Source: Octopus bimaculoides (taxonomy: Eukaryota). From it: a stretch of DNA of 64,000 bases. Positions 39,750 to 53,780 of this stretch are shown piece after piece. A program made the position numbers and the translations under genes. The stretch covers positions 21,968,045 to 22,032,044 of the forward strand of contig NC_069000.1 of the NCBI RefSeq assembly GCF_001194135.2, read 5' to 3'. The number at the start of each line of letters is the position of its first letter. Position 1 is the first letter of the stretch. Under the pieces are notes generated by a model, which was given only the letters and a program-made list of their open reading frames with translations, was not told where the DNA came from and made no database searches.

Positions 39750-39953
39750 TATCCTCCACCATTATCACTACAAGAACTGGAGACTGTTTTCGCTGAAGAA
39801 TAGACAAAAATTCCTTTGGAAGCAATTCCAACTTTGTACGAGTCGATACCTCGTAGAATTCAAGCTGTAATTACTGCCAAAGGTCGTCCTACCCCATATT
39901 AAAATGAATTTGTTTGTAATTTTAAGGTGTTTCCATTACTTTGTCCAACCCCT
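39750..39953 (+). mobile_element. Tc1-like transposon, 3' end
   Basis: YPPPLSLQELETVFAEE*TKIPLEAIPTLYESIPRRIQAVITAKGRPTPY*, then right TIR ccattactttgtccaacccc of the same family as 10572. Confidence 0.8.
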
Positions 39954-40190
39954 ATATATACATACATATATATATAAATACATACATATGTGTGTGTGCG
40001 TGTCCTAAAAAAAAAAAAAANNNNNNNNNNNNNNNNNNNTATATATATATATAAAAAGTCTCACTGAGAGATTTAGAAATTTGTTATTTCTCTCTCTCTC
40101 TCTCTATATATATATACATATATATATAAATACATACATATGTGTGTGTGCGTGTCCTAAAAAAAAAAAAAAAAATAAATAAAACCTCAC

Positions 40191-40353
40191 ACCAAATGAG
40201 TGCAGTCACTGCTCCAATCTGGTCGATATTTTGCCCCCATTTCTCTGGCTTTGTCTCGTAAATCAGCACGGAATGGGTTCTGGAAACCACTGAGTACAAA
40301 TACCACATTATCCATGATCTTGCTGAATGGTTTGTTTGACTTTGATATGGCAG
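40191..40353 (-). CDS. XRCC1: XRCC1 exon, BRCT1 first half
   Basis: atctag|CT...TTGGT|gtgagg; 163 nt, ...KIMDNVVFVLSGFQNPFRADLRDKAREMGAKYRPDWSSDCTHLV. Confidence 0.97.
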
Positions 40354-42058
40354 CTAGATAATACATGAAACAAGAAACTGAATGAGGAATAGAAAGAAAA
40401 TGGTCCTCTGAAGGGAGGAATCATACAATTAACTGTAATGACAATTTTAATAGGAAAGATCTCAAATGTTAAGATAACTATTGTCATTGCTGTCTTCAAC
40501 ACTTTAGCTCACTGACTGCAAGTGTTTAGACCACAGACCACAAGTGTTTCAACCACTGATGCCAGACATTTAGGTTTCTGACTGCCAATGTTCAGCACTC
40601 TCACTAAGTATTTAACTCTCTAACCATTCATTTTGAAACTATAACAGAATTCCTTGTGACGTGTCTTTACGCAACCAACTGATCAAAAATACTTTTGCAC
40701 CTTTCACTTTTGGTTTCGCTAACCACCAAACCATGTGCCTTTGCACCTGCTAGAAATAGATGCAAAACATCTCTCATATCACACCATTCCATTTCTAAAA
40801 ATACTAGATAATGCAGTCTTTAATACACTGTCTGAGAAAGAACAAAAGAGAAAAACTGAAATGGTCATGATTGGAACATTCTTGATCAGAGTTGACTCAG
40901 GGCTAAAATACTACAACAAAGATGATGTGGTTGATGACATTAAGAATGAAGGTTATACTTTCCAGCAATATATAAAGAAATATTTGGTCCATCAATTGTC
41001 ATCATTTAATGTCCATTTTTTCCATGTTCACCTGGGTTAGATGAGTTTGTCTGAGGCAGATTTTCCATGGCAGGATGCCAACCCTCACTTGTTTCCAAGA
41101 AAGGTAATATTTCTCCATTGTCAGTCATGGCCTCACAGAATATCATAAATGAACGACACTACTTGTATGACTGACATTCATTTACAACTACCTCACAATG
41201 TCAGTCCCCGTCCACTAAATCTACTCACATGGCTTTGGTTGGTCCAGGGTTATATTAAAAAGTGCTTGCCCAAGGTGCCATGCAGTAGGACTAAACCCCA
41301 GAACCATGCGTGCACCTTTCACATATAAATATTTAATTTGTGAAAAGCCACCATGCAGGACAAACAGTTACAAAACAAGTCAATTACAAAGCTTCAACAT
41401 AGTTGTCTAATCTGCTGAAATAGCAGCTAAATCTTCCTAAAATGGACACAACTTTCATTAAAAAAGTTCTAGAAGGTGCAGACATAGCAATGGGGTAAGA
41501 AATTTGCTTCCTAACCACATGGCTCCAGGTTCAGTCGCAATGCATGGCACCTTGGGCAAGTGCCTTCTACTATAGCCTCAGGCCAATCAAAACATTGTGA
41601 GTGGACTTGGTAGATGGAAACTGAAAGAAGCCTCTCATGTATGTATATATATGTGTGTGTGCATGTATGTGAGTGTGTGTGTTTGTGTTTGTCCCCCCAC
41701 CCCAACCACTTGACAACTGGTGTTGGTGTGATTACGTCCCCGTAACTCAGCAGTTTGGCAAAAGAGACCAATAGAATAAGTACCAGGCTTTACAAATAAT
41801 AATAAGCACGAGGGGCAGGGGTTGACTAGTTCAAGGTCATGCCCCAGCAAGGCCACTGTCTAATGATTGAAACAAGTAAAAAAAAAAAAGATAAAAAGAT
41901 ACATCGCCTAAAGGGAAAAAAAGACAACATAGTTGCGGCTGAAATGCTTTACACCATAAAACAGTTTGGTCATAATGAGCTTGAAGCTAACCAACAAGAA
42001 CAACAACAACATGAAAAGCACCTAAAAAAGGTTTTAAAAACTGAAGCCCACAACTCAC

Positions 42059-42320
42059 CTTTAGATGTAGTGGTTTCTGATTTGTGATGGCTATTTTTGT
42101 GGCTATTACTACTACTACTACTACTACTAGGAGTAGATTTAACATCGTCCCTCGATGAAGAATTAGATTTCTTTTCTTTCCTGGAATCTTCCTTCTGATG
42201 GGTTGGTCTGTCGTTTTGTGGCATGTGGCTCCGATGACTGTCTCCATTCTTTGACTTGCTCTTCTTCACCTCCAGAACGTCTTCATCATCACTGATGTTA
42301 TGCTTGCGTTTCTTTTTCAC
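42059..42320 (-). CDS. XRCC1: XRCC1 exon, basic NLS-like / Ser-rich linker
   Basis: gtttag|GTG AAA AAG...TCTAAAG|gtgagt; 262 nt, VKKKRKHNISDDEDVLEVKKSKSK...SETTTSK; phases fit. Confidence 0.85.
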
Positions 42321-45300
42321 CTAAACATTGGTTTAGAATCAAAGAGAAGCAGAAGTAAAAGAAGTGGAATGGCCAATATAAAACAGAGTAGATCAGCATC
42401 ATCATCATCATCTTCATCATTATCCCTGTTTTAATATCCACTTTTCCACTTGCATGAGTTAGACAGAATTTATTGAGGTGGATCTTCTATAGCTGGACGC
42501 CCTTCCTGTTGCCAACCCTCACCTGTTTCTAAGCAAGGCAATATTTCTCCATGACCAGACATGTTTCCATGAAATATTGAAAATGAAGGGCACCATTTGC
42601 ATGACAGTGACATTCATTTACAGAACTATTACATGAAATTAAGTAACACACACACACCATGAGCTTCTTTCAGTTTCCATCTACCAAATCCACTCGCAAG
42701 ACTTTGGTATACCTAGGTTATTGTAGAAGACACTTGCCCAAGGTGTCAAGTAGTGGGACTAATCCTGTGTCTGTTATACCTGAGAAACAATAGGTTCCTG
42801 TTTCAAGTCTTACTAGTCATCCTGTTGCAATGATGACAATGACAAGGATATTGGTGGTGGTAGTAGTGATGGTGATGATGTGATGATGATAAGGAGCAGA
42901 ATTTAATTAATGTTACGATGGAAAACAAAACTTTGATGTCATTTTTTTCTCTTCAGAGATGTCTTCAGTAGAATCCTAACCAGAATATAAGTAAAAGGAC
43001 TATTTGCTTGTGTGCTTAAACACAGCTACAGGTATTTCATTCGATCTATAAACTGCTTCATTTTTAATGAATTTGTTCTGTTAGAAATATTTGATTTTGG
43101 AGGGGTTTTATGAGGAAATGTCAATAAATCACAATCAGAGAGGATTAGGTGTCTTTATGAGGTTCCATGAACTAGAAAGGTGTTCTATTGTTTAGCCTTG
43201 GGCCAGTGCTGATGGACCAAAGGCATCTAAGCCATCATAGAGCCATATTGTTCAATTTACCCTTGCTTTTGTGAGACAGCAGGGTGTATTTGAGGGAAAT
43301 TTGACTACTATTTTAACAGGTCCAGCAACCCTTGTTGTTTCATGAGAGGTTACCTTCTGGGATTAAGGACCCTCTCAACTTTTTATATTATAAATAACAA
43401 GTTTCCTAGAGTAGTTACAATGTGTCCTACATGGCTAACAAGGGAAGGGGTCTCTTTGTTTTACTAGGTGTGGTTGGAGTGTTCACTATCAGGAGGTAGG
43501 CACATAGACAAATACAGGAATACAGAGAAAACAAATGCATAATTCAATCACTGGGTTACTTCATGTGAAGGGAGATTATCGACATACACTGACTTGCATA
43601 ATAGTAATGGTGGTCAGAGCCAGCACTGATTCATCATGGTGACATAGATGGATAAATAGATAACAGGAAAGAATGAATGACTGACTGGCTGGATGAATGG
43701 ATGGATGGGTTTAAATTTACAAATGAGAAAAAAGTACTCCATATGATAAGTAGAGTTTCGGTATTTACACCTGACTTCTACAGTAGCCACTTACCTAGTT
43801 TACATCTATAACATCTACCCATTTACCTAGTTCATTTTCTAACTATAGTATACCTACACCTAATTCATATTCACTACAACATCTACCTACACACCTTGCT
43901 TGTCTCTATTCTACAACAACTACCCACCTACCTAGTTCACATCTGTAGTCAAACAATGTTCACCTGTCTTAAAGAACCATGTGGTTGGTCTAAACTCCAG
44001 CTAACATTTATTTCTCTTATCATGATCCTAGTAGAAACTACATCTCTTCATTGTGACATCAGTTTAAAAGCAGTTATATGACTAATTTTTCTTCTTTGCT
44101 ACCAAATTTGTTTCTTTGCTTGCATGAGCCTACCATCAGTTACAAGAACAGCCTTTATCTGCCCAGGAGTCAGATGCAGCTGGTAAGTGGACAGTTGCAG
44201 TGAAATAGTGGACAAGTGGTGACCACAATGTAGACAATATCTGGCAAGTTGCTATCAAGAAGACTCTGAGCTCAGAAGCTGACATAAAAACAATGTCAAG
44301 TTATGCATGAAATACTTTTCTTTTCTGAGACAGGTTTTCTCACACATGTAGTCTTATCAAAAATGCTCTTGCAGCTCATTTCATTTCTTTATTATTTCAT
44401 ATTACTAAAATTTTCTTTAGTGACAAAATGACACTATGCTATTGTTTCTAGTAAAAGAAACTGTTTCATTTACTTTCATACAGAAAATTTTCTTTATGTG
44501 ATAAAATGACATTGAATTGCTATTTCTAGCAAGAGAAGCTGCCTAATTAACAGTTTCAATACTAAAAATTTCCTTCAGTGACAAATTGACAAATATATGC
44601 TACCATTGCTTTTAACAAGAAAATCAATTCATGTATATAAATTCGATGACTGGCACCCGTTCCAGTGGAGCGCTAAGAGCACCATCCGAGCGTGATCGCT
44701 GCCAGAGCAGCTGACAGGCTTCTGTGCCAGTGACACATAAAAAGCACCATTCGAACGTGATCGTTACCAGCATCGCCTTACTGGCACTTGTGCTGGTGGA
44801 ACATGAAAAAACATTCGAGCGAGGTCGTTGCTAGTGCCACTGGACTGGATCCTGTGCAGGTGACAATGTAAAAAACACCACTTGAGTGTGGCCGTTGCCG
44901 GTACCGCCTGACTGGCCCTCATGCCGGTGGCACGTAAAAGCACCTACTACACTCTCGGAGTGGTTAGCATTAGGAAGGGCATCCAGCTGTAGAAACTCTG
45001 CCAGATCAGATTGGAGCCTGGTGCAGCCATCTGGTTCGCCAGTCCTCTTGTTTTGACTCTTGCTTCAAGAAGAATAGTTCTTTGTCATTGTAATTAAAGT
45101 TGATGTGTTTATTGGTTGCTTTTTTCCTAGCAGCAAGTCCTTGGCATCTCATTTGCCAAACTCGATATTTTTGTTAGAAGAATTATTTTTCTGTTTTTGT
45201 AAATGATTTTCTGCTTGTTGAACTTGATACACAATGCTTTTTTTTCTCTTGTACATATTTTTTTCATACAAAACTTAACATTTTAAAGTCATTTATGTTT

Positions 45301-45542
45301 GTATGCACTTATTTAAAACAACTTTTAGTGACCATTATGTATGGACAGTCCTCCTATGTTAAACAAAATTTGACTGAATTTAGTTTGGGGCCAACTTTTG
45401 TCTCTGTGAATAAAAGATTAATTTGATCAAATACTTGATTTAAGGTTTCTGTTCCTCATTATTTTGTTTAAATAACATGGTTCAGGGTTCAGTATTATAC
45501 TCATAATTCTATATATTGGTATAATGCATGACTAGGACTTAC

Positions 45543-45631
45543 CTCTGGAGTACTGTTGGTACTGGTGCTAGATTTCATTTCAAGATATGTTGAACGGGCT
45601 TGATTGGATGCAGCTCGAATAGCTGCAGCAC
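45543..45631 (-). CDS. XRCC1: XRCC1 exon, linker 1
   Basis: ttgtag|GT GCT...CCAGAG|gtaagt; 89 nt, (G)AAAIRAASNQARSTYLEMKSSTSTNSTPE; phase 1 in and phase 0 out match the neighbouring exons. Confidence 0.88.
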
Positions 45632-45679
45632 CTACAAGAAAGAAGAGAAAAACCTTTTTAATACAAACCCCACAGATGC

Positions 45680-46085
45680 AGGCATGGCTGTGTGGTAAAT
45701 AGTTTGCTTTCCAACCACATGATTCCAGATTCAGTCTCACTGCATGGACCCTTGGGCAAGTGTCGTTTGCTACAGCCCATGGGCCAACCAAAACTTTGTG
45801 AGTAATTTAGCAGACAGAAATTAAAAGAAACCCATCATACACATATATATATGTGTGTGTATGTTTGTATTTCCTTGTCTTGACATCACTTGTTAGTTGT
45901 AAATTATTGTCACTGCCATATACAAGCAGTGTCATTCCTTTCTAATATTCTGTAAGAAATATTACCTTCCTTGGAAACAAATGAGGGTTGCCAACTAGAA
46001 AGGTATCTGTCCATAGAAAATCTGTCTCAATAAACTCCAACTAACCCATGCAAGCATGGAAACATGGACATTAAAATGATGATGG
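45680..46085 (+). mobile_element. SINE with head H1 and RTE-derived tail T2
   Basis: same head as 6011, but the tail carries ggttgccaactagaaaggtatc...cccatgcaagcatggaaac...(ATG)n; other copies near 23240-23610(-), 31460-31860(-), 41000-41315(-) and 42425-42770(-). Confidence 0.8.
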
Positions 46086-47345
46086 TGAGCCCTGATCAAG
46101 AAGAAGACCTATGATTAAAAGTGTTCCAGCCCTTATCATCCTGGCCTATTTTTCAGACAAAGTGTATCTAGAACTACATTACTTAATGTCTCTTTTCTCA
46201 TTTAAGACAGTAGAATATGATTTGAGGGAAAAGTGGCTATTATTACTAGCAGGTCAGTTAAGCATGCAGAAGTTTCCTGGTCTTGGTGGAGGTAGTCATG
46301 GCCTATGTGTATATGTGTAGTGAGAGTGCAAGAAGAAATAAAAAAAAGTACACACACACACACACACATACATATGTCCTCGTCGTTGTCATTATTATTT
46401 AACATCTGTTTTCCATGCTGGCATGGGTTGGATGGTTTCTCAGAAGCTGGCAAGCTAAAGAGCTGCACAGGGTTCAATTGTCTGTTTGGCACAGTTTCTA
46501 TGGCTTGATGCCCTTCCTAATGCCAACTATTTTACAGAGTGCACTGTGTACTTTCTATGCGGCATCAGCATGAGAGCTTTTTATGTGGCACCAGCAAAGG
46601 GTGCCACCTTATCTTGAATACAAAAATGCAAGATCTAGTCAAATACATACACATCACTAATAATGAATTTTTACCCAGTCTGCTAGCAACTTGTGACACC
46701 AGTGATATATTAATCACTGCTTTTCTACATCAGTAGAAGCAAAATTTGTCTAAGCATGTAGTTGAGAGTGGAGATTTGCTGCTGATGATGTGTAAAGACA
46801 CAGAAATCTGGATTTAGCAACTCCACCACTGCTGCTGGATGCTTTTTGTCTGCTAGTGGTTCACTTCTGTGCTTTTTAGCACTATACACCTATACAAGAA
46901 ACTTTTTCAAGACGAATGCTACAGTTTTTGTAACTTTCAGTTGTATAAAATATATCCATGTTAGCCCTTTTGCATTTAAACTGGCCATATATGACCCAAG
47001 TATTCTACCTGCTTTACATTCAAAGTTGTCATATCTAGCCTCTTACACCTATCCTACATTGACACTAAAAATAAACAATCACATCACTAAAACCTCAAAG
47101 CTATGAGATAATGCTTGGTTAATTGAAAACAATATGAATAAATAAAACATTATATTTAACAGAGCAATCTGAACACTAAAAGATTAAATAAGATATAAAA
47201 GAAAACTATATACCTATACTACTGAAAGCTACAAAACTGCAGACATGGCTGTGTGGTAAGAAGCTTGCTTCCCAACCACATGGTTCTCTAGGCTGACCAA
47301 AGCCTTGTGAGCGGATTTAATAGATGGAAACTGAAAGAAGCCAGT

Positions 47346-47376
<31 letters not shown>

Positions 47377-49574
47377 GTGCATATTTATGTGCCTGTGTTT
47401 GTCCCCGCACCATTGCTTGACAACAGCAAAAGAGACAGATAGAATAAGTCCTGGTGTTGATTTGTTTGACTAAAGGCGGTGCTCCAGCATAGCCGTAGTT
47501 GAATGATTGAAACAAGTAAAAGAATAAAAGAATCATCAACATTTAACATCTGTTTTCCATATTGACATGGGTAGGACTACTTGACAAGACTTGGCAAGGC
47601 CAGGGGCTGCACAAGGTTTCATAGTCTGTTTTGAGTTGGTTTCTATGGCTGGATGCCCTTCCTAAAGCCAACCACTTTATAGAGCGTACTGGGTGTTTTT
47701 TACATAGCACCATCACCAGTGATTTTTACATGGTACCTGCACCAGTGCTTTTTGTATATTTTTGGTACACACACACACACTCACATACACACACACATTA
47801 CATGCATACATATATATCCACCCACTGTCATTCCTCATCTCCAGTCCATTTTACATCCACTGTTCATTGTTATTGCAAGTTACTTGAACTGATAACAGGT
47901 CCCACTCCGGTCCATCAACAGGAAGGACATCATCATCATCATCATCATCGTTTAATGTCTGCTTTCCATGCTAGCATGGGTTGGACGATTTGAATGAGGA
48001 CTGGTGGAACCCAAAGGCTACACCAGGCTCCAATCTGATTTGGCAGAGTTTCTACAGCTGGATACCCTTCGTAACGCCAAGCACTCCGAGAGTGTAGTAG
48101 GTACTTTTACGTGCCACCGGCACAAAGGCCAGTCAGGAGGTACTGGCAACGGCCACGCTCGAAATGGTGTATTTTACGTGCCACCTGCACAGGAGCCAGT
48201 CCAGCGGTACTGGCAACGAACTCGCTTGAATGCCTTAAAGTAATTGCTTCTACAATATGAAGATACAAATGTTCAAACTAGTAAAAATAAACCACCACAT
48301 AATGCATATTACCATGAACAAACTGTAGTAAGAAAGGTAGTGATAATAGTATTAGAGAAGCAAGGGATTGAGACATGATATGGCCATAGTTTAATAGCAA
48401 ACTGGCAACTAATATCAAAGAAGATCTCTTCTGAGCCAATACTTAACTGCAGTTTCATGATATTCTTTCCTGGAAAGAATATTCTTCTATCTCAGCTACA
48501 TTCTTCTTGTCTCTTCTCTTGTTTCTGAATTATCAAGCTTTTACTTTTCTGTCAACCATTAGCCCATTCTCAAGTTATGTTCTTTCTGTTTCTTGTATTG
48601 CTACTAAATTAGCAAACCTACATTCACTCTCATTCTTTTATACCTCTTCTTAATCGCGAGACATAATAAGGAACACAGAATAAAGTGTAGTTTTTTTCCC
48701 CCAAAAAAGACAACAAAATGTCTACAGTAGGTTTGAACTCAAAGTGATCAAGTAATGATTTGTATACCATATCCATAAAGTCATTTCATTTCTATGCAGT
48801 ACAGAAGGAGACAATTGTTCAATGTTAAGTTTCTAGCAAGAAAATACACAGATTTGCATGCTGGACCACTTACCACATGGTCAAGAATTCAAAACATGCA
48901 GCAGCTATTTTGTTTTACCTTTTGGCAAGGCACAAAATTGTTCTTAGTTCAGACTTTGTGATTGATAAACAGGTTATATCTCAACTTCACAATTGAATAA
49001 CTGAGTAGTTAATTATAGGAAAAACATGGCTGACTTGTTAATTATAAGAAGGATAATGAACTGTAATACTGTACAAATTTAGAAAAAAATAATTTTAAAA
49101 TCTGACCTGAGCTGCCATGAAAAAGAAAAGTTGAAAAATTATTAATAAAAAAAATACTACAGTTTATGTTGATGGTGATGATGATGATAATGATGATGAT
49201 GATGGTGATAAGGGTAATGATGATGGTGATGGTATGCTGAAGAGGAGAAGAGCATTATCTCTTTCACAAATCTTCAGAACTTAGACATAATTCCATCTAT
49301 GATGATAATGGGGATTACAGATGATGTGACTATAATGATAAAGATGACTAAGATTGTGGAAAAGATGATCACAATGGTGATGATGGTGATAAGAGTGACA
49401 GTAGTGACTATAACGATAATGACAATGATGATTATGGGGGTTTGTAGTGATTATGATAATAGTGATGATTAATTTGAATAGAGAGCAAAAATAAAATGAT
49501 TTATGCTTGTGAGTTTTCTTCCAAGTACGGATATTTTAATTTGAAGACTCAGAAATAAAAGAGAGCAAATTTAC

Positions 49575-49695
49575 CTGTTAAAGGTGAACTTTCTGGTTTA
49601 TCCTTTTGTCGAGCAAAGAGGCTTCCAACTTTTAAATCTTTTTTATCCTCCTCACCTTGGCGGAAAAAGAAGGCACCAATTTTCTTTGGATTAAT
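49575..49695 (-). CDS. XRCC1: XRCC1 exon, linker 1 (RIR region)
   Basis: ttatag|ATT...TAACAG|gtaaat; 121 nt, INPKKIGAFFFRQGEEDKKDLKVGSLFARQKDKPESSPLT(G); aligns to human KLGQF...PGALFFSR. Confidence 0.9.
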
Positions 49696-50234
49696 CTATA
49701 ATATTGAACAATAAAGTTAATAATGATGATGGCATTATCTATTCTCTTGTACAAAAGTCTAAATATTACATACTGACTAGAGAATACAAAAAAAATTCCA
49801 GTACCGTGATGAAAAATCTATCAGCAGGTAGTAAAAAAAATGGCTATGAATATTTGATAAAGTAGTATCACCGCTGAACTATACAAGCAGGCATCACTTT
49901 TTGTCCATCTCAAATGGCAACATCACATCTTGTGACTCAATCTTCAGTTCAGTCTTTATTGAAGAAAGTTACTGAAGAGGTAGACAGAAAAATAGGTCCT
50001 GAAGCCTACTTGCAAAGAAGCAAAAACTCTGATATGGTATGTCGACATGTTATGGGAAAAAGAAATAGTTAAAATTTCACATCATATTTACTATAAAAGT
50101 GCGTGATAGGACCTAAATTGTCTTAAAAACTTATAACTGCATGGATAACGCATTGTTGCATAAGCTAAGAGTAGATTATCTGCAATAATCCAGTGTCTAA
50201 GTCTTTTTATATGTCATTTTAAATAAACTAAATT

Positions 50235-51243
50235 GAATAAGAATAGCCTGGGCAAAGTTTAGAGAGCTCTTACCCCTGCTGGCGACAAAGGGACTCTCAC
50301 TCAGAGTAAAAGGCAGACTGTATGACGCATGCGTACGAACAACCATGCTACATGGCAGTGAAACATGGGCTGTAACTGCTGAGGACATACGTAAGCTCGC
50401 AAGGAATGAAGCCAGTATGCTCCGTTGGATGTGTAATGTCAATGTGAATACCCGTCAGAGTGTAAGTATCTTGAGAGAAAAGCTGAACATTAGAAGCATC
50501 AGTTGTGGCGTGCAAGAGAGACGATTGCGCTGGTATGGACATGTGGTGAGAATGGAGGAGGATAGCTGCGTGAAAAAGTGCCACACCCTAACAGNNNNNN
50601 NNNNNNNNNNNNNNNNNNNNNNNNNNNNNNNNNNNNNNNNNNNNNNNNNNNNNNNNNNNNNNNNNNNNNNNNNNNNNNNNNNNNNNNNNNNNNNNNNNNN
50701 NNNNNNNNNNNNNNNNNNNNNNNNNNNNNNNNNNNNNNNNNNNNNNNNNNNNNNNNNNNNNNNNNNNNNNNNNNNNNNNNNNNNNNNNNNNNNNNNNNNN
50801 NNNNNNNNNNNNNNNNNNNNNNNNNNNNNNNNNNNNNNNNNNNNNNNNNNNNNNNNNNNNNNNNNNNNNNNNNNNNNNNNNNNNNNNNNNNNNNNNNNNN
50901 NNNNNNNNNNNNNNNNNNNNNNNNNNNNNNNNNNNNNNNNNNNNGACTGGCTCCTGTAGGATTTTCGAGCGAGATCGTTGCCAGTGCCCCTGGACTGGCT
51001 TGTGCGGGTGGCACATAAAAGACACCATTTCGAGCGTGGCCGTTTTCGTGCGGGTGACACGTAAAAGCACCCACTACACTCTCTGAGTGGTTGGCGTTAG
51101 GAAGGGCATCCAGCTGTAGAAACTCTGTCAAATCAGACTGGAGCCTGGTGTTGCCATCCGGTTTCACCAGTCCTCAGTCAAATCGTCCAACCCATGCTAG
51201 CATGGAAAGCGGACGTTAAACGATGATGATGATGATAATGATA
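50235..51243 (+). mobile_element. 5'-truncated young RTE LINE
   Basis: uninterrupted RIAWAKFRELLPLLATKGLSLRVKGRLYDACVRTTMLHGSETW...ERRLRWYGHVVRMEEDSCVKKC, then gap, 3' UTR and (GAT)n tail. Confidence 0.92.
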
Positions 51244-53166
51244 TATAATAAAAGAAATAAACTGAAAAAATGATTAAAGCTTAGATTCTGGGGATTTTTG
51301 TTTTAATAAATGTGGGTAGGCAAAATCTTTAAAGCTATGTGTTACATACACCCTTAATTTTAATTTTCATGAAAAATAATGCATATTTATAGATGGAATT
51401 TCATGGTCCCTACTTCATACTTTGCTCTCCAGAGAACTCTATGGAATGACTACATAACAGACTGGACTAGTTAATATCTTGACCACTTTCAATAAAGAGT
51501 GACTGTTTCTTATAATTAGGGGAAAACCTACCAATTCAGCTGGCTGAAGACTGGACAAATGAAAAATATACTTTATCGTGATACTCATAAAATACTTCTA
51601 TTATGCAACTTAGTCCTACTTACTGATCTAGTCAATAAAAGGGTTTATATAGAGTACCAAAATTCCAAAATGGCAAAGTACCTCACTTGATTGTACAATG
51701 CATGTGCATAAACTATTACAAAGGAAAAGCTTTAAGCAACCTTGAAATAAATCAATTTAACTATACTTTTTGTGTTCACATTGTTAACTTATGTGTACAC
51801 TACATGTTATAAGCCTGATTCAGCTACTTACTAACAAAATGGTTCATTTCATATACTTAAATAAAAATAATAAGACATGAAACCAATTTTTCATTTATAC
51901 AAACTGGTCACTCTACGTAGTTTCAAATCAAGACCCAAAGAAAAGCTACATGCTGATGTAACTGGGCTCCTCACCCAATTTACTCCTCAAGCTATCCATA
52001 CCACACACCATTTATCTATCACTGAGCCTACCATCACCTGCCCTAACTGCTGTAATTTAATGTGAGCAGAAGTGTTCACTTACTATTCATCATTCATTCT
52101 TTACACTGTCCCTCTTCACTCACATTTTCCATTGATTGCCCTTCTATGCCATCAAACTTCCTTCTTCACCACCATGCATCTCTCACTCTTCCCATGCATT
52201 ATATCTACCTTTCCCCACACACACTCTCACAGCCTACCCACACCAACATCATTCAGACATATTATGCTGTGAGGGCAATTGATTTTATAGCAGCTGAATT
52301 TTCTTCTTACTACATACCATACAACCGTAGGCCAGAAGTTGAATCTGTTCGTTTCTCAACCAAGCAAACAAAGTTATTTTTGTTTCATCTAAAACACACA
52401 TCCACACACATAACGACTGTTGGTTGGAACTTGTGACACTTGTAACCGATGATTATGTTGCAACAAGTCTTACACTCAGTATACGTTATGTCAAATGTTT
52501 ATTTACCTTACATTTTTTTCATTTATTATATATATATATATTTATTATATNNNNNNNNNNNNNNNNNNNNNNNNNNNNNNNNNNNNNNNNNNNNNNNNNN
52601 NNNNNNNNNNNNNNNNNNNNNNNNNNNNNNNNNNNNNNNNNNNNNNNNNNNNNNNNNNNNNNNNNNNNNNNNNNNNNNNNNNNNNNNNNNNNNNNNNNNN
52701 NNNNNNNNNNNNNNNNNNNNNNNNNNNNNNNNNNNNNNNNNNNNNNNNNNNNNNNNNNNNNNNNNNNNNNNNNNNNNNNNNNNNNNNNNNNNNNNNNNNN
52801 NNNNNNNNNNNNNNNNNNNNNNNNNNNNNNNNNNNNNNNNNNNNNNNNNNNNNNNNNNNNNNNNNNNNNNNNNNNNNNNNNNNNNNNNNNNNNNNNNNNN
52901 NNNNNNNNNNNNNNNNNNNNTATATACGACAGGCTTCTTTCAGTTTCCATCTACTGAATCCACTCACAAGACTTAGGTCAGCCCAAGGCTATAGTAGAAG
53001 ACATTTGCCTAAGGTGCCATGCAGTAGAGCTGAACCTGGAACCATGTGGTTGGGAAGCAAGCATCTTACCACACAGCCACTCCTGCACCTATATATATAT
53101 ATATATATATGTATTTTATGTACATATACTTACTAAATCATCCTCTTCCTTGTCCACTGTGCTTAC

Positions 53167-53238
53167 AGTAGCACTTGACTGGTTTTCTGAAGATGGGGGA
53201 GAATGAAATTTTATAAATGATAAGCCATAATTGGTAGT
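53167..53238 (-). CDS. XRCC1: XRCC1 exon, end of NTD
   Basis: tttcag|ACT...GCTACT|gtaagc; 72 nt, TTNYGLSFIKFHSPPSSENQSSAT (human FGLSFVRFHSPP). Confidence 0.95.
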
Positions 53239-53722
53239 CTGAAATTTAATGAGTAGAAAAAAAAAAAACATTAAACATGATTATGATGATGATGGTGATT
53301 GTTTCTAACACGGGCACAATGTTTCAAGTTGCAGTGGAGAGGAACAGCCAATTACATCTTACATCAACCCTAGTACTTCACTAGTACTTTATTTTATCAA
53401 CCCTGAAAAGATGAAAGGCGAAACTGATCTCAGCAGGATTTGAACTCAAAATATTGTATCCAAAGAAATATCACAAAGCATTTTGTCTGATGCTCTACTG
53501 ACTCTGACAATCCATATAACAGTTTCTAACACAGGTACAAAGCTAGAAATTTAGAAGGGTGTTAGGTGATTGAATCAACTCTTGTACTTGATTTGTACTT
53601 TATTTTGTTGATATCAGAGAGATGAATGGCAAGGTTGACTTCAGTAGCAGCTAAGATTGTAAAGGGATCTAACTAAATACCTCAAGGCAGTTTATCCAAT
53701 GCTCTACTGATTATGCCAACCC

Positions 53723-53780
<58 letters not shown>

